Positions 37,803 to 47,575 of a DNA stretch of 64,000 nucleotides are shown piece by piece. The position numbers were made by a program, and so were the translations under genes. The notes beneath the pieces are model-generated. The model had not been told where the DNA came from. It saw only the letters and a program-made list of their open reading frames with translations, and did no database searches. Position 1 is the first letter of the stretch. The number at the start of each line of letters is the position of its first letter. The DNA lies in sequence record MT135025.1; one strand, written 5' to 3'.

Positions 37803-38012
37803 ATGAACTTAGACAATCATTTATCAATGCCAGAGATAAAGCACTGGGTCATCATTGACAGCTTCACTGGCCAAGAAAAAATTCTCCCTGAAGCTCAACT
37901 GCTTGAAGCGTTTGGTCAAGAACGTTGGCAGAAAATCACTTCTGGGATTGACGACTACTTTACAGCTTACGAGTATAACTTTGAATATACTGAACGTGGC
38001 TTTAAACTGTAA
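37803..38012 (+). CDS. 45.2: gp45.2-like conserved protein
   Basis: Position upstream of gene 45; E.FGQERWQKI.SG pattern. Confidence 0.55.
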   Translation: MNLDNHLSMPEIKHWVIIDSFTGQEKILPEAQLLEAFGQERWQKITSGIDDYFTAYEYNFEYTERGFKL

Positions 38013-38046
38013 TTGAAGACTATATCATAATTTTGAAGGTAAAAGA

Positions 38047-38712
38047 ATGAAACTTAACAAATCTACAATCGAAGTACTGAAGAACTTTGCAGGCATCAAC
38101 AACGGTATGGTTATTCATGCTGGTTCACGTATTCGAACTCAAGACAACTTGAACAAGCAAATCGCTTATGCTGACATCGAAGATTCGTTCCCTGTAGAAT
38201 TCGCAGTGTACGATCTGGGTGAGTTTCTGAGCGCATTGAATCTTCTTGACAATGCTGAACTTGATTTCCAGGAAAAATTCGTTGTTGTTACTGGCGACGG
38301 TGGCACTAAGCTGACTTTCCAATACGCAAACGCTGAGTTCGTAACCGAAGCTCCTGAAAAGGTGAACTTCCCAACTGAACTAGACGGTGGTGCTGAATTC
38401 GACCTTAAAGGCGAAGATCTACAGCGCGTTAAGAAAGCGTCTGCGACTCTTGGTCTGTCTGACATTTGTGTACGCACTGAAGCGGGTAGCACTGCAATCA
38501 CGCTGTCAGCTACTGACGCACAAGGTTCAAGCAAGCACACGTTCGAAATCAACGTTGGTGAAGTTGATGCTGACACTGAATTCAAATTCTTCTTCAAATC
38601 AGAGCGTTTGAACATCGTCGACCAAGACTACAAAGTTTCGATTCACCCAGCGGGTATTTCTCGATTCCTTGGTCTTTCACTTGAGTACTTCATTGCAACT
38701 GAAGCACTGTAA
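38047..38712 (+). CDS. 45: Sliding clamp
   Basis: MKLNKSTIEVLKNFAGIN, AVYDLGEFL. Confidence 0.95.
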   Translation: MKLNKSTIEVLKNFAGINNGMVIHAGSRIRTQDNLNKQIAYADIEDSFPVEFAVYDLGEFLSALNLLDNAELDFQEKFVVVTGDGGTKLTFQYANAEFVTEAPEKVNFPTELDGGAEFDLKGEDLQRVKKASATLGLSDICVRTEAGSTAITLSATDAQGSSKHTFEINVGEVDADTEFKFFFKSERLNIVDQDYKVSIHPAGISRFLGLSLEYFIATEAL

Positions 38713-38728
38713 GTTTCGACTGTAGTTT

Positions 38729-38794
38729 TATAAATATCAATGTAGCTAGGTTTAGCGGCTGAAAAGACGTTGCTCGGTACACGTCCTGCTACAT
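38729..38794 (+). promoter_or_regulatory. Late promoter followed by a branched RNA structure
   Basis: TATAAATA; atgtagc/gctacat closing stem with inner gacgt/acgtc hairpin. Confidence 0.6.
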
Positions 38795-38826
38795 TATCAA
38801 GTACCGCGTCCTTTACCGAGGGATAT

Positions 38827-39368
38827 ATGAAACTACACGAAATCTTCAACATTTCTGATCTTGAAGATCAGTTTGGCGTGTGTGTTATCGAAAATGCTTT
38901 TGACGGAATCGTTGAGGGTGTTGATTACACGCTAGAAAACATACCCGCTTGTCATGATGATGTAACGCGAACTGTAATTGGCGAAGCATCGAAGAAGAAT
39001 TGGCAAGACAAATCATACCGAGAAAAACGAACAAAGCTCGTGCTGAAGCTCATGCTAAATGTACTTCATGGGGTCAAACAGACGAGGGTAAACGTTCTAT
39101 TGCTGATTATCATCGAAAGACACAGAATAGACCGTGGAAAGCTAAACGCTTTCAATCGGGGAAAGAGTGTTTAGAACGGTGGGTAAATCTGCGATACTAT
39201 TACTCGGAATGGCTCAAGCACGACAAGCCATCGCCATACAGATTCTCAAAAATCATGAATCAAAAGTCAGCTTATTACTTCGAAACAGTAATTAAGTATT
39301 TTTATGAACATGGTGATCCGTCATCGGACACCGAATATTTATTATGGGAAACGATTAAATGTCAGTAA
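38827..39368 (+). pseudogene. Frameshifted inserted gene (possible homing-endonuclease-related DNA-binding protein)
   Basis: Two overlapping ORFs join if the A5 at 39023-39027 gains one A: ..WQDKSYREK|TNKARAEAHAK.. Confidence 0.55.
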
Positions 39369-40315
39369 ATTTCGACGCAAAAGAACTTCTTTGGGAACAA
39401 CGCTACCGCCCGCAATCAATCAAAGATTGTGTACTGCCTGAACGTGTTCGTAAACTGTTTCAGAAAATGGTAGACGACAATCAAATCCCAAACATGCTGC
39501 TATGTAGCTCTTCACCAGGTACTGGCAAGACGACTGTTGCTCGTGCAGTGCTTGCAGACATGGGTTACGAAGTTCTATTTGTTAACGCATCATCAAGCCG
39601 TGGTATTGGTCTTGTTCAAAACGACTTACCGGCATTCTGCTCAACTGTTTCATTCTCTGGTAATCCAAAAGCGGTTATTCTCGATGAGGCAGATAACTTA
39701 ACTCCAGACGCTCAAAAAGCTCTACGTGGTTTGATTGAACAGTACAGCAAAAACGTTCGATTCGTTCTAACGTGTAACTATGCTCAGAAAATCTTGACGC
39801 CGATTCGTTCACGTCTGCAAGAATTTGAATTCGTGTACAACAAAGAAGAACAGCTATCTTGCGTTAAGCAAATGATTGTTCGCTCTATGCAAATCTGTAA
39901 ACAAGAAGGTGTATCGGTTACTAACGCTGCTGTTCTCAAAGAGCTTGTGAAGCGTAATTACCCAGATAATCGCAAAACCATCGTTTCGCTGCAAAACTAC
40001 GCACGAAACGGCGTGATTGACGAGGGTATTCTGTCTGAAATCACTGCAAACGACGATATTTCTGAAATGCTCGATGCGCTGAAATCGAAAGACTTCAAAA
40101 CCGTGCGCAGCTTGATTCCGAAATACTCAGGTGACATTGCATCGTTTCTGCATAATCTTTACAAAGCAGCATACACGCATTTAGACGGCAATAGCATCCC
40201 TGTTTTCATCCAAATTGTCGGCGAAGCAAACAACAACGCGACCACTTGTGTCGATACTGAAATACTACTAGCGTACACATTGGTTCAGATCATGCTTGAA
40301 TGTACTTTCGCATAA
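39359..40315 (+). CDS. 44: Clamp loader large subunit
   Basis: LWEQRYRP, SPGTGKTT, ILDEAD, QKALRG, IRSRL. Confidence 0.97.
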   Translation: MSVNFDAKELLWEQRYRPQSIKDCVLPERVRKLFQKMVDDNQIPNMLLCSSSPGTGKTTVARAVLADMGYEVLFVNASSSRGIGLVQNDLPAFCSTVSFSGNPKAVILDEADNLTPDAQKALRGLIEQYSKNVRFVLTCNYAQKILTPIRSRLQEFEFVYNKEEQLSCVKQMIVRSMQICKQEGVSVTNAAVLKELVKRNYPDNRKTIVSLQNYARNGVIDEGILSEITANDDISEMLDALKSKDFKTVRSLIPKYSGDIASFLHNLYKAAYTHLDGNSIPVFIQIVGEANNNATTCVDTEILLAYTLVQIMLECTFA

Positions 40316-40324
40316 GGGGGTTTG

Positions 40325-40813
40325 ATGGACATTTTTGAACTACTCGCGAAAGGTGAAGAAGCTGAGAAAGCAGCGCAGAACGAACAGGCTGAGTTCGAAG
40401 CTGAAATGAAGGCGGCGAAAGTCAAAAAACTCTCGCCATTTGACTTTCTCAATAGCTTGTACATGAAAGACTACATCATGAACGATGATGTGAAGAGTCA
40501 ATATCAAGCATTCATGGTGAATCGCGGTATGTCGAATGGCATCGACACAGTGGTTCATGCGTACATCATGGATCAAGTCGGTAGTAAACTGCCACCTGAT
40601 ATGCAATATGATTACTATTATCATGCAGTTCGAAAAGGTAAGCGATACAACTCGTGGGCGAAAGAAACGAAATACGAAGCAGTTGATATGATCATGGAAA
40701 TCTATCAAATCAACAAGCAAAAAGCTATTGATGTGCTTCATCGTCTGACCGCTGATGAGCTTGAGCAGTTGACTACATGGTTTGAATCCCGAACAGGGGG
40801 CTTAACACGCTAA
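40325..40813 (+). CDS. 62: Clamp loader small subunit
   Basis: SPFDFLN, FMVNRGMS, QYDYY..VRKGKRYNSWAK. Confidence 0.93.
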   Translation: MDIFELLAKGEEAEKAAQNEQAEFEAEMKAAKVKKLSPFDFLNSLYMKDYIMNDDVKSQYQAFMVNRGMSNGIDTVVHAYIMDQVGSKLPPDMQYDYYYHAVRKGKRYNSWAKETKYEAVDMIMEIYQINKQKAIDVLHRLTADELEQLTTWFESRTGGLTR

Positions 40814-40847
40814 TAAATATGTTTTTATTATGCTGTTGAGATTAATC

Positions 40848-41228
40848 ATGGACATTATTAACAAACTTGAAATTCAATTACCAGATGACGATGCCTTTCT
40901 AAAGATTCGCGAGACTCTAACGCGAATTGGCATCGCCAATAACAAAACAAACACTCTGTACCAGTCATGTCATATTCTTCAGAAGCGTGGCGTTTACTTT
41001 CTGGTGCACTTCAAAGAGCTTTTAGCACTTGACGGTCGTTGTGTGGAAATCACTGCTGAAGACATTGAACGACGCAACAACATCGCCAAGTTACTCGAAG
41101 ATTGGAACTTGTGTAAGATTGCTCATCCTGAGTCACATGAATTCACTGGTGATAATAAATTCCGCGTGATTTCGTTCCGCGATTCTAAAAACTGGAATCT
41201 AAGGTACAAATACAAAATCGGTGGCTAA
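40848..41228 (+). CDS. regA: Translational repressor RegA
   Basis: FLKIRETLTRIGIAN..LYQSCHILQKRG..VHFKEL. Confidence 0.97.
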   Translation: MDIINKLEIQLPDDDAFLKIRETLTRIGIANNKTNTLYQSCHILQKRGVYFLVHFKELLALDGRCVEITAEDIERRNNIAKLLEDWNLCKIAHPESHEFTGDNKFRVISFRDSKNWNLRYKYKIGG

Positions 41229-41258
41229 TATGCGCAGAGAAGAAGACTGGTTTTAATG

Positions 41259-41285
41259 AATAAGGGGCTAACGCCCCTTTTATTT
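41259..41285. terminator. Hairpin/terminator after regA
   Basis: aataaggggc-taac-gcccctttt. Confidence 0.7.
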
Positions 41286-41297
41286 GAGGAATACACT

Positions 41298-41816
41298 ATG
41301 AACAACGAACGTTTTCAAGAACTACTACAATTCGGCGGCGAATTCGAAGCTGCTGTTGAGCCTAAGATAGCAAGAGTGTTCTGTCACGCTGACCCAGACG
41401 CAATGCTAATCAATACGGCAACATCCAAAACAGACCAGAAACATAAGCGCGGTCAACGCCTCATGTACTGTCAAGACACATCCGCAAGCTTTATGCTACC
41501 TGACGTGTTTGTTTTCACAAAAGGCAAACAATTCTGCGTAGAAATCAAATGCAAGAAACGCTTTTACCGACACACTGATGGTAAATTATATGGCGTAATC
41601 GACACCTACAAAGTTCAAGAGTATCGCGACGCAGTTCGCCACATGGGATTTGATGGTATTTTCTATGTGTTCGGTGATGAAGAAACACGCTCGGTTTATT
41701 TTGCAAAAGACGACCCGATTGACATCAAAATCCCTGCGTTTCGCGAATACAAAAACAAAAAAGGTGAGTTTAAAGCCTGGCTAATCGACGATTTGCACTT
41801 TTTAGGGAAATGGTAG
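41298..41816 (+). CDS. Free-standing PD-(D/E)xK nuclease
   Basis: GGEFE..LPDVFV..CVEIKCK. Confidence 0.7.
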   Translation: MNNERFQELLQFGGEFEAAVEPKIARVFCHADPDAMLINTATSKTDQKHKRGQRLMYCQDTSASFMLPDVFVFTKGKQFCVEIKCKKRFYRHTDGKLYGVIDTYKVQEYRDAVRHMGFDGIFYVFGDEETRSVYFAKDDPIDIKIPAFREYKNKKGEFKAWLIDDLHFLGKW

Positions 41817-41845
41817 TTTAGAACTTCATTTTTCTCTGATAGCAT
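41816..41845 (+). promoter_or_regulatory. Class B promoter (DNA polymerase)
   Basis: GTTTAG-N18-TAGCAT. Confidence 0.5.
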
Positions 41846-41876
41846 AACAGCACGTAACAACTTGTGAAGGAATAAC

Positions 41877-44429
41877 ATGACAATCTATACATCAATTGAA
41901 CGAATCGGCTCTAATCTTTGCGAACGCTACATCGACGACGACGGTTTTGAGCATATGCGCAAAGTGAAATACGAACCGACGTTGTTCATTCACTGCAATG
42001 AAGAAACTGGATACAAAGACATTTACGGTCGCAACTGTCGCCCTAAGATGTTTGACACAATGGGCGAAGCGAGTAAGTACATCAAAGACACGAAGCAGTT
42101 CAACGAAGTGCTTGGTATGGATGATTTCATCGTTACGTATATCTCAGATGTGTATAAGCAGCGTGAATTCGATATGTCTCGCATTCGCATTGCTAACATA
42201 GATATTGAAACTCCGTCTGTGGAGTTCCCTGAAGCAGCACATGCGCCAGTGCCAATCACGTCAATTGGTCACTATGACAACATCGACGATAAATTCTACG
42301 TTTACGGTATCCCGTCAAACACTGAGTGGAAACGCGAAAGCAGCATCGTTAAGCCAGAGCTTCTAGAAAAGACTGTTTACATTCGATGTGCTACAGAAAA
42401 AGAGCTACTTGTTAAGTATCTTCAATTCTGGCGTGAGAAAACACCAGCAATCGTAACAGGTTGGAACATTGAATCGTTCGATATGCCGTACATCGTCAAC
42501 CGATACAAGAATCTGTTTGGCGAGAAAGTGATGAACAGCTTGTCACCATGGGGTAAAGTTCAAGTATCAACTACAGTCAACGACTACGGTCAAGAAATCT
42601 GTAAAGTGAACATTCTCGGCGTATCTGAACTCGATTATCTTCAACTTTACAAGAAATTCACGTATGTGACACGACCATCATATCGTCTAGATTACATCGG
42701 TGAAGTTGAGCTTGATGAGAAAAAGGTCGAGTTCGAACAAGCGAACTACCTTGAGTTCTATGAGCAAGATTATCAGAACTTCATTGACTACCAGATTCAA
42801 GACGTTAACTTGGTTAAGCGTCTAGATGAGAAGCTTCAGCTAATGCTTTTGACTATCTCTCTAGCGTACTACGCGGGTATCAACTATCAAACGGTATTAG
42901 GCACAATCAAACCGTGGGATGCAATCATCTTTAACAGCTTGAAAGCTGAGAAGAAGGTTGTTCCGATGATGCGTTCTCACGAAGGTGGACGATTCATGGG
43001 TGCGTTTGTTAAAGCGCCTCAAGTGGGTTATCATCGTGGAATTGGCTCATTCGACTTGACATCACTATACCCGTCGATTATTCGCGAATGTAACATTTCA
43101 CCAGAAACAATCGTTGGTCAGCTTGACTACGAAGGGTCTCTTGAAGACCGTATCGACAAGATTGTTGAAGGGTTGATCACGTTCCCTGCTGATGAGTTAT
43201 CAAACAGCGCGAACGGTATGCAGTATCGCAAAGACGTACGCGGCGTGATTCCAGTTGAAATTGAGAAAGTTTTCTTCCAGCGTAAAGCGAATAAGAAGAA
43301 AGCATTCGAATACGAGCAACAAGCAATCGACATCCAGAAACAGATGGATGAACAAGGTGAAACGCCTGAACTGCGTGCAGCGTATGAAGAAGCGAAGCAT
43401 CAAGCGAAGATCTACGACGTACAGCAAATGGCGCGTAAGATTCTTATCAACTCACTCTATGGTGCGCTAGGTAACGAATACTTCCGATTCTATGACTTGC
43501 GTAACGCTGAAGCAGTAACAGCTTACGGTCAGCTTGCAATCAAGTGGGTAGCGCGTGATGTGAACATTTGGTTGAACAAAGTTTGTAAGACAACTGACAA
43601 AGACTACGTGATTTACGGTGATACCGACTCAATCTACGTTAACTTTGATCCGCTGCTTGAACTGACAGGCATCAACAAGCTTGAGGGTGACGACTACACA
43701 GACAAATTCGCTAAAGTATGTGAGACTGTTGAAACGAAAGTTATCAACCCGTCATACGAAGCACTTCACAAGTACATGAACACGTACGAGCGTCAAATGT
43801 TCATGGATCGTGAGGTACTAGCACGTACTGGCTTCTTTATCGCGAAAAAGCGTTATGCACTTGACGTACAAGATAACGAAGGCATTCGTAAACCGAAGCT
43901 GAAAATCATGGGTATTGAGACTCAACGTAGTTCAACACCACCACTTTGCCAAAAAGGTCTTAAAGAAGCAATTCGTTTGATTCTGCAAGAAGGCGAAGCG
44001 AAGCTTCAAGAATTTGTAAAGGGGTATGAGAAAGAGTTCAAGGCAGCTCCATATCAAGAAGTGTCATTTGTATCTAGTGCAAACAACATGAACAAATACT
44101 CTGATGATAAAGGCAATCCTGGTAAGGGATGTCCAGGTCACGTGAAAGGCGCGCTGTACTACAACAAGCTTGCTGAAGAGCACGGGTTCGACAAGATCAA
44201 CGAGGGTGACAAAATCGCTGTTGTGTTCTTGACTCGAAACAAGCACGGCATTGACCGTATTGCTTACCCGTCGGGTGGCAAACTGCCGGAAGCAATCTCA
44301 TACTTGATTGATCACGTTGATTACAATCGTCTGTATGAAGATAAGTTCATCAAACCGTTGAGCGCGATTTCTGAAGCAATCAATTTCGACTACAAGAAAA
44401 CAATCACATTGGAGAGTTTCTTTGGCTAA
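41877..44429 (+). CDS. 43: Family B DNA polymerase (unsplit)
   Basis: [45 protein letters not shown]. Confidence 0.98.
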   Translation: MTIYTSIERIGSNLCERYIDDDGFEHMRKVKYEPTLFIHCNEETGYKDIYGRNCRPKMFDTMGEASKYIKDTKQFNEVLGMDDFIVTYISDVYKQREFDMSRIRIANIDIETPSVEFPEAAHAPVPITSIGHYDNIDDKFYVYGIPSNTEWKRESSIVKPELLEKTVYIRCATEKELLVKYLQFWREKTPAIVTGWNIESFDMPYIVNRYKNLFGEKVMNSLSPWGKVQVSTTVNDYGQEICKVNILGVSELDYLQLYKKFTYVTRPSYRLDYIGEVELDEKKVEFEQANYLEFYEQDYQNFIDYQIQDVNLVKRLDEKLQLMLLTISLAYYAGINYQTVLGTIKPWDAIIFNSLKAEKKVVPMMRSHEGGRFMGAFVKAPQVGYHRGIGSFDLTSLYPSIIRECNISPETIVGQLDYEGSLEDRIDKIVEGLITFPADELSNSANGMQYRKDVRGVIPVEIEKVFFQRKANKKKAFEYEQQAIDIQKQMDEQGETPELRAAYEEAKHQAKIYDVQQMARKILINSLYGALGNEYFRFYDLRNAEAVTAYGQLAIKWVARDVNIWLNKVCKTTDKDYVIYGDTDSIYVNFDPLLELTGINKLEGDDYTDKFAKVCETVETKVINPSYEALHKYMNTYERQMFMDREVLARTGFFIAKKRYALDVQDNEGIRKPKLKIMGIETQRSSTPPLCQKGLKEAIRLILQEGEAKLQEFVKGYEKEFKAAPYQEVSFVSSANNMNKYSDDKGNPGKGCPGHVKGALYYNKLAEEHGFDKINEGDKIAVVFLTRNKHGIDRIAYPSGGKLPEAISYLIDHVDYNRLYEDKFIKPLSAISEAINFDYKKTITLESFFG

Positions 44430-44460
44430 TGTAGATAAATTTGCAATCGGTGGCGCAGAA

Positions 44461-44730
44461 ATGCGCCCTGAGATTGGCGACGTGTGTCGTGACCACTTTC
44501 CGACTTCGAGAAATTGGCATGAGGATTGGAACACGACTGCGATTAATTACGTGAAATACGAGCGTGATATTCACCTCGACATTTCATCTTGGTACGTAGA
44601 TGCAGAGAACAATGTTCTGTCAATCACGTTGAAAAATGAAGAGCCGTCGATTCACGGGATGATTGTTCCACCTCGTGTTTGCCTTGATCTGACTAAGGTC
44701 AGAGAAATAATCACCGAAATCTTGAAATAA
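44461..44730 (+). CDS. Hypothetical protein
   Basis: ORF; alternative start 44422. Confidence 0.65.
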   Translation: MRPEIGDVCRDHFPTSRNWHEDWNTTAINYVKYERDIHLDISSWYVDAENNVLSITLKNEEPSIHGMIVPPRVCLDLTKVREIITEILK

Positions 44731-44734
44731 GACG

Positions 44735-44763
44735 TTGACAGTGTGCATGAACTCGTGTACACT
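44735..44763 (+). promoter_or_regulatory. Class A promoter of rnlA
   Basis: TTGACA-N17-TACACT. Confidence 0.7.
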
Positions 44764-44793
44764 GTTAAAAGACTATTTTGAGAGGAAAAGACA

Positions 44794-45939
44794 ATGACTA
44801 CACAAGAACTATACAATCATTTGATGACACTGACCGAAGACGCCGAAGGCAAGTTCTTCTTTGCTGATCACATTTCACCGCTCGGTGAGAAACTTCGTGT
44901 GTTTAGCTATCACATTGCGTCGTACTCTGACTGGCTGCTGCCGGGTGCTCTTGAAGCGCGTGGTATCATGTTCCAGCTTGACGAACAAGATAAGATGGTT
45001 CGTATCGTGTCTCGCCCGATGGAGAAATTCTTCAATCTGAACGAGAATCCCTTTACGATGGATCTTGACTTGACGACTACTGTTCAGCTAATGGACAAAG
45101 CTGATGGTTCTTTAATCAGTACGTATCTGACTGGTGAGAACTTCGCGCTGAAGTCAAAAACAAGCATCTTCTCTGAGCAAGCCGTTGCAGCGAATCGCTA
45201 CATCAAATTGCCAGAGAATCGCGACTTGTGGGAATTCTGTGACGACTTAACTCAAGCAGGTTGTACAGTCAACATGGAATGGTGCGCGCCAAATAACCGT
45301 ATTGTTCTTGAGTATCCAGAAGCGAAGCTGGTCATCTTGAATATTCGTGACAACGAAACAGGTGATTACGTGAGCTTTGACGACATCCCGCTACCTGCGT
45401 TGATGCGTGTCAAGAAGTGGTTAGTCGATGAGTATGACCCTGAAACTGCACACGTAGACGATTTCGTTGAGAAATTGCGTGCGACTAAAGGCATCGAAGG
45501 CATGATCTTGCGCCTAGCAAACGGTCAATCGGTGAAAATCAAGACTCAGTGGTATGTCGATCTGCACTCGCAAAAAGACTCTGTGAACGTTCCGAAGAAG
45601 TTGGTGACAACTATCTTGAACAATAATCACGATGACCTGTACGCGCTGTTTGCCGACGACAAGCCGACAATCGACCGCATTCGTGAGTTCGATTCTCACG
45701 TATCGAAGACTGTATCTGCATCGTTCCACGCTGTAAGTCAGTTTTACGTGAAAAATCGACATATGTCGCGCAAAGATTATGCAATCGCAGGTCAGAAAGC
45801 ACTTAAACCGTGGGAATTTGGCGTAGCAATGATCGCGTATCAGAAGAAAACCGTCGAAGGCGTGTACGAAGCTTTAGTCGGTGCGTATCTGAAGCGACCA
45901 GAACTACTCATTCCTGAGAAGTATCTGAATGAGGCATAA
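44794..45939 (+). CDS. rnlA: RNA ligase 1
   Basis: EARGIMF, SRPMEKFFN, KADGSL, IEG, VKIKT.WY. Confidence 0.95.
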   Translation: MTTQELYNHLMTLTEDAEGKFFFADHISPLGEKLRVFSYHIASYSDWLLPGALEARGIMFQLDEQDKMVRIVSRPMEKFFNLNENPFTMDLDLTTTVQLMDKADGSLISTYLTGENFALKSKTSIFSEQAVAANRYIKLPENRDLWEFCDDLTQAGCTVNMEWCAPNNRIVLEYPEAKLVILNIRDNETGDYVSFDDIPLPALMRVKKWLVDEYDPETAHVDDFVEKLRATKGIEGMILRLANGQSVKIKTQWYVDLHSQKDSVNVPKKLVTTILNNNHDDLYALFADDKPTIDRIREFDSHVSKTVSASFHAVSQFYVKNRHMSRKDYAIAGQKALKPWEFGVAMIAYQKKTVEGVYEALVGAYLKRPELLIPEKYLNEA

Positions 45940-46212
45940 ATGCACCACTTTGTATTTCAAAACGGGGAGCCGATGCGAGTCGGCAACCCACAAGAGTTCA
46001 TAGAAAAATTCAACAAATATTTCCTACCAGAGCTGCAAAAACGATTAGATGACGACCCGAAAACTCGCGGTGGTCGAATCGTGTATGCGGGCCCTTCTAA
46101 AACAGACACTATTCAAGGCATTGATGTTCAAATAATGGACAAAGATGGTATCGTGTCTACGTTTTACGTGAATGTCTTCACACAGACGTTCAGTCCTGTC
46201 TTCTACCAGTGA
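45940..46212 (+). CDS. Hypothetical protein
   Basis: ORF. Confidence 0.7.
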   Translation: MHHFVFQNGEPMRVGNPQEFIEKFNKYFLPELQKRLDDDPKTRGGRIVYAGPSKTDTIQGIDVQIMDKDGIVSTFYVNVFTQTFSPVFYQ

Positions 46213-46243
46213 TAAATACTCCCGTATGAATAATATGGGAGTA
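46211..46243 (+). promoter_or_regulatory. Late promoter variant with RBS-sequestering hairpin
   Basis: GATAAATA overlapping tactccc..gggagta. Confidence 0.65.
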
Positions 46244-46248
46244 ATATC

Positions 46249-46632
46249 ATGTTCGCACAATACAAAATCTATGTGCTATTGGCTATTGCTGCTGTGTTCA
46301 TTGGGTCTATTGGTTATCTGAAGTATGAGAATGTTAGTCTTGAGAAAGAACTAGTCACTCAAATTGCTGAAGTCGAACGACTGACTGGTGATAATGAACG
46401 CTTGCACGCGACTGTTGAAAGCAAAGACCGCACAATCGAGAACTGGCGTTCAGTTTACAACGAGCAAGAGCAGTATCGAAGCAAACTTCAGAAAGATCTA
46501 GACGAACTAACCGCAACTATAGACACGTATAAGTCACGTCAAGACATCGTGTTTAAAAAGCCAGGTCTAGTTCAGATTAAAGAGCAGAAGGCTCTTGATA
46601 AGTTCTTTGATGAGGTGCGTAATGGTCAATAA
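46249..46632 (+). CDS. Inner-membrane spanin (Rz/pseT.3-like)
   Basis: N-terminal TM plus coiled coil; position between rnlA and pseT. Confidence 0.8.
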   Translation: MFAQYKIYVLLAIAAVFIGSIGYLKYENVSLEKELVTQIAEVERLTGDNERLHATVESKDRTIENWRSVYNEQEQYRSKLQKDLDELTATIDTYKSRQDIVFKKPGLVQIKEQKALDKFFDEVRNGQ

Positions 46633-46951
46633 AATCATAGCTATTGCTCTATGCTTAACGCTGGTTGGGTGTATCGGTACACCAAAAGAGCCAGTACCAG
46701 AGCCGCCAAAGAATGAAATCGTTCATCCGAACATACCGACCCCGCCGCCAAATCCCGGTGTTAAAATATTGGTCATTACGACGGACACTATCAAAGCTAA
46801 TACAGCTTACGTGGGGTTTGAGTACGACGAGTGGCTAGATTTCGCGAAATGGATGCACTCGTACAAGTCATATAACCAAGATTTGCTTGAAGTTATTCGA
46901 CTGTATAAAGAGCAAGATCCGAACATTCAGAAAAAAGTTGAAAATAATTAA
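46622..46951 (+). CDS. Outer-membrane spanin lipoprotein (Rz1/pseT.2-like)
   Basis: Lipobox LVGC, Pro-rich, overlaps i-spanin. Confidence 0.82.
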   Translation: MVNKIIAIALCLTLVGCIGTPKEPVPEPPKNEIVHPNIPTPPPNPGVKILVITTDTIKANTAYVGFEYDEWLDFAKWMHSYKSYNQDLLEVIRLYKEQDPNIQKKVENN

Positions 46952-46953
46952 AG

Positions 46954-47033
46954 AAAAGGGTTGCTTCGGCAGCCCTTTTCTCGTATTATAGCTTTATCGA
47001 AACGACATCGACTAACAAAGAGAGCATATTATG
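46954..47033 (+). promoter_or_regulatory. Terminator/promoter fusion cassette and leader
   Basis: aaaagggttgc-ttcg-gcagccctttt; TTGCTT-N17-TATTAT; leader shares acgacatcgactaaca with the 1187 copy. Confidence 0.8.
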
Positions 47034-47330
47034 ATTCAATTCAAACGCAGAAATCTTGTACCTGACAATCAATCTCCACTATGGGCATATGATTCAGTTG
47101 ACGCGCTTAAAAGCGACGACTTGAATGAGCGTAACTTTTACAACAACGTAACAGGTGAAACTCACAACAAGCTGCGTATCACTCGCGGTCGATTCGACAA
47201 GAAATGGGTTCTTCGTGCTACGTCTAAAGACAACGACTTCAAATTGTTAGTTGTCGCTGATGACTTCAAAACGAAGAAAGAAGCAATTGAATACGTAAAT
47301 GACGTTTACTTAAACACAAAAGGGCTGTAA
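47031..47330 (+). CDS. Hypothetical early protein
   Basis: ORF after cassette. Confidence 0.75.
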   Translation: MIQFKRRNLVPDNQSPLWAYDSVDALKSDDLNERNFYNNVTGETHNKLRITRGRFDKKWVLRATSKDNDFKLLVVADDFKTKKEAIEYVNDVYLNTKGL

Positions 47331-47331
47331 G

Positions 47332-47565
47332 ATGAACGAACTTATTGATGCAACAAACGAAGCGCGTACTCAATACGAACAGTATGGTGCATGTAGTGCT
47401 TTTCAAATTGAAAGTCTACTCGCTGAACTCGAAAAGCACGCTTCTGACAACGCTGTTGTGAAGTCTGCACGCACTGAGTTCGACGATTACGATAATTTGA
47501 CTGGTACACGTATTGATCAACTACTGACAGTCGCTGAAGTCACCATCTTTAAAACAAACAAGTGA
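47332..47565 (+). CDS. Hypothetical protein
   Basis: ORF. Confidence 0.7.
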   Translation: MNELIDATNEARTQYEQYGACSAFQIESLLAELEKHASDNAVVKSARTEFDDYDNLTGTRIDQLLTVAEVTIFKTNK

Positions 47566-47575
47566 GAAAAGCTTA

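Noticed and set aside
39169-39198. Additional class B promoter for gene 44 (GTTTAG-N18-GATACT)
   Set aside because: Weak -10 and located inside an ORF; not counted
41877-44429. Split or intein-containing DNA polymerase
   Set aside because: Single 850-aa ORF with no intein motifs
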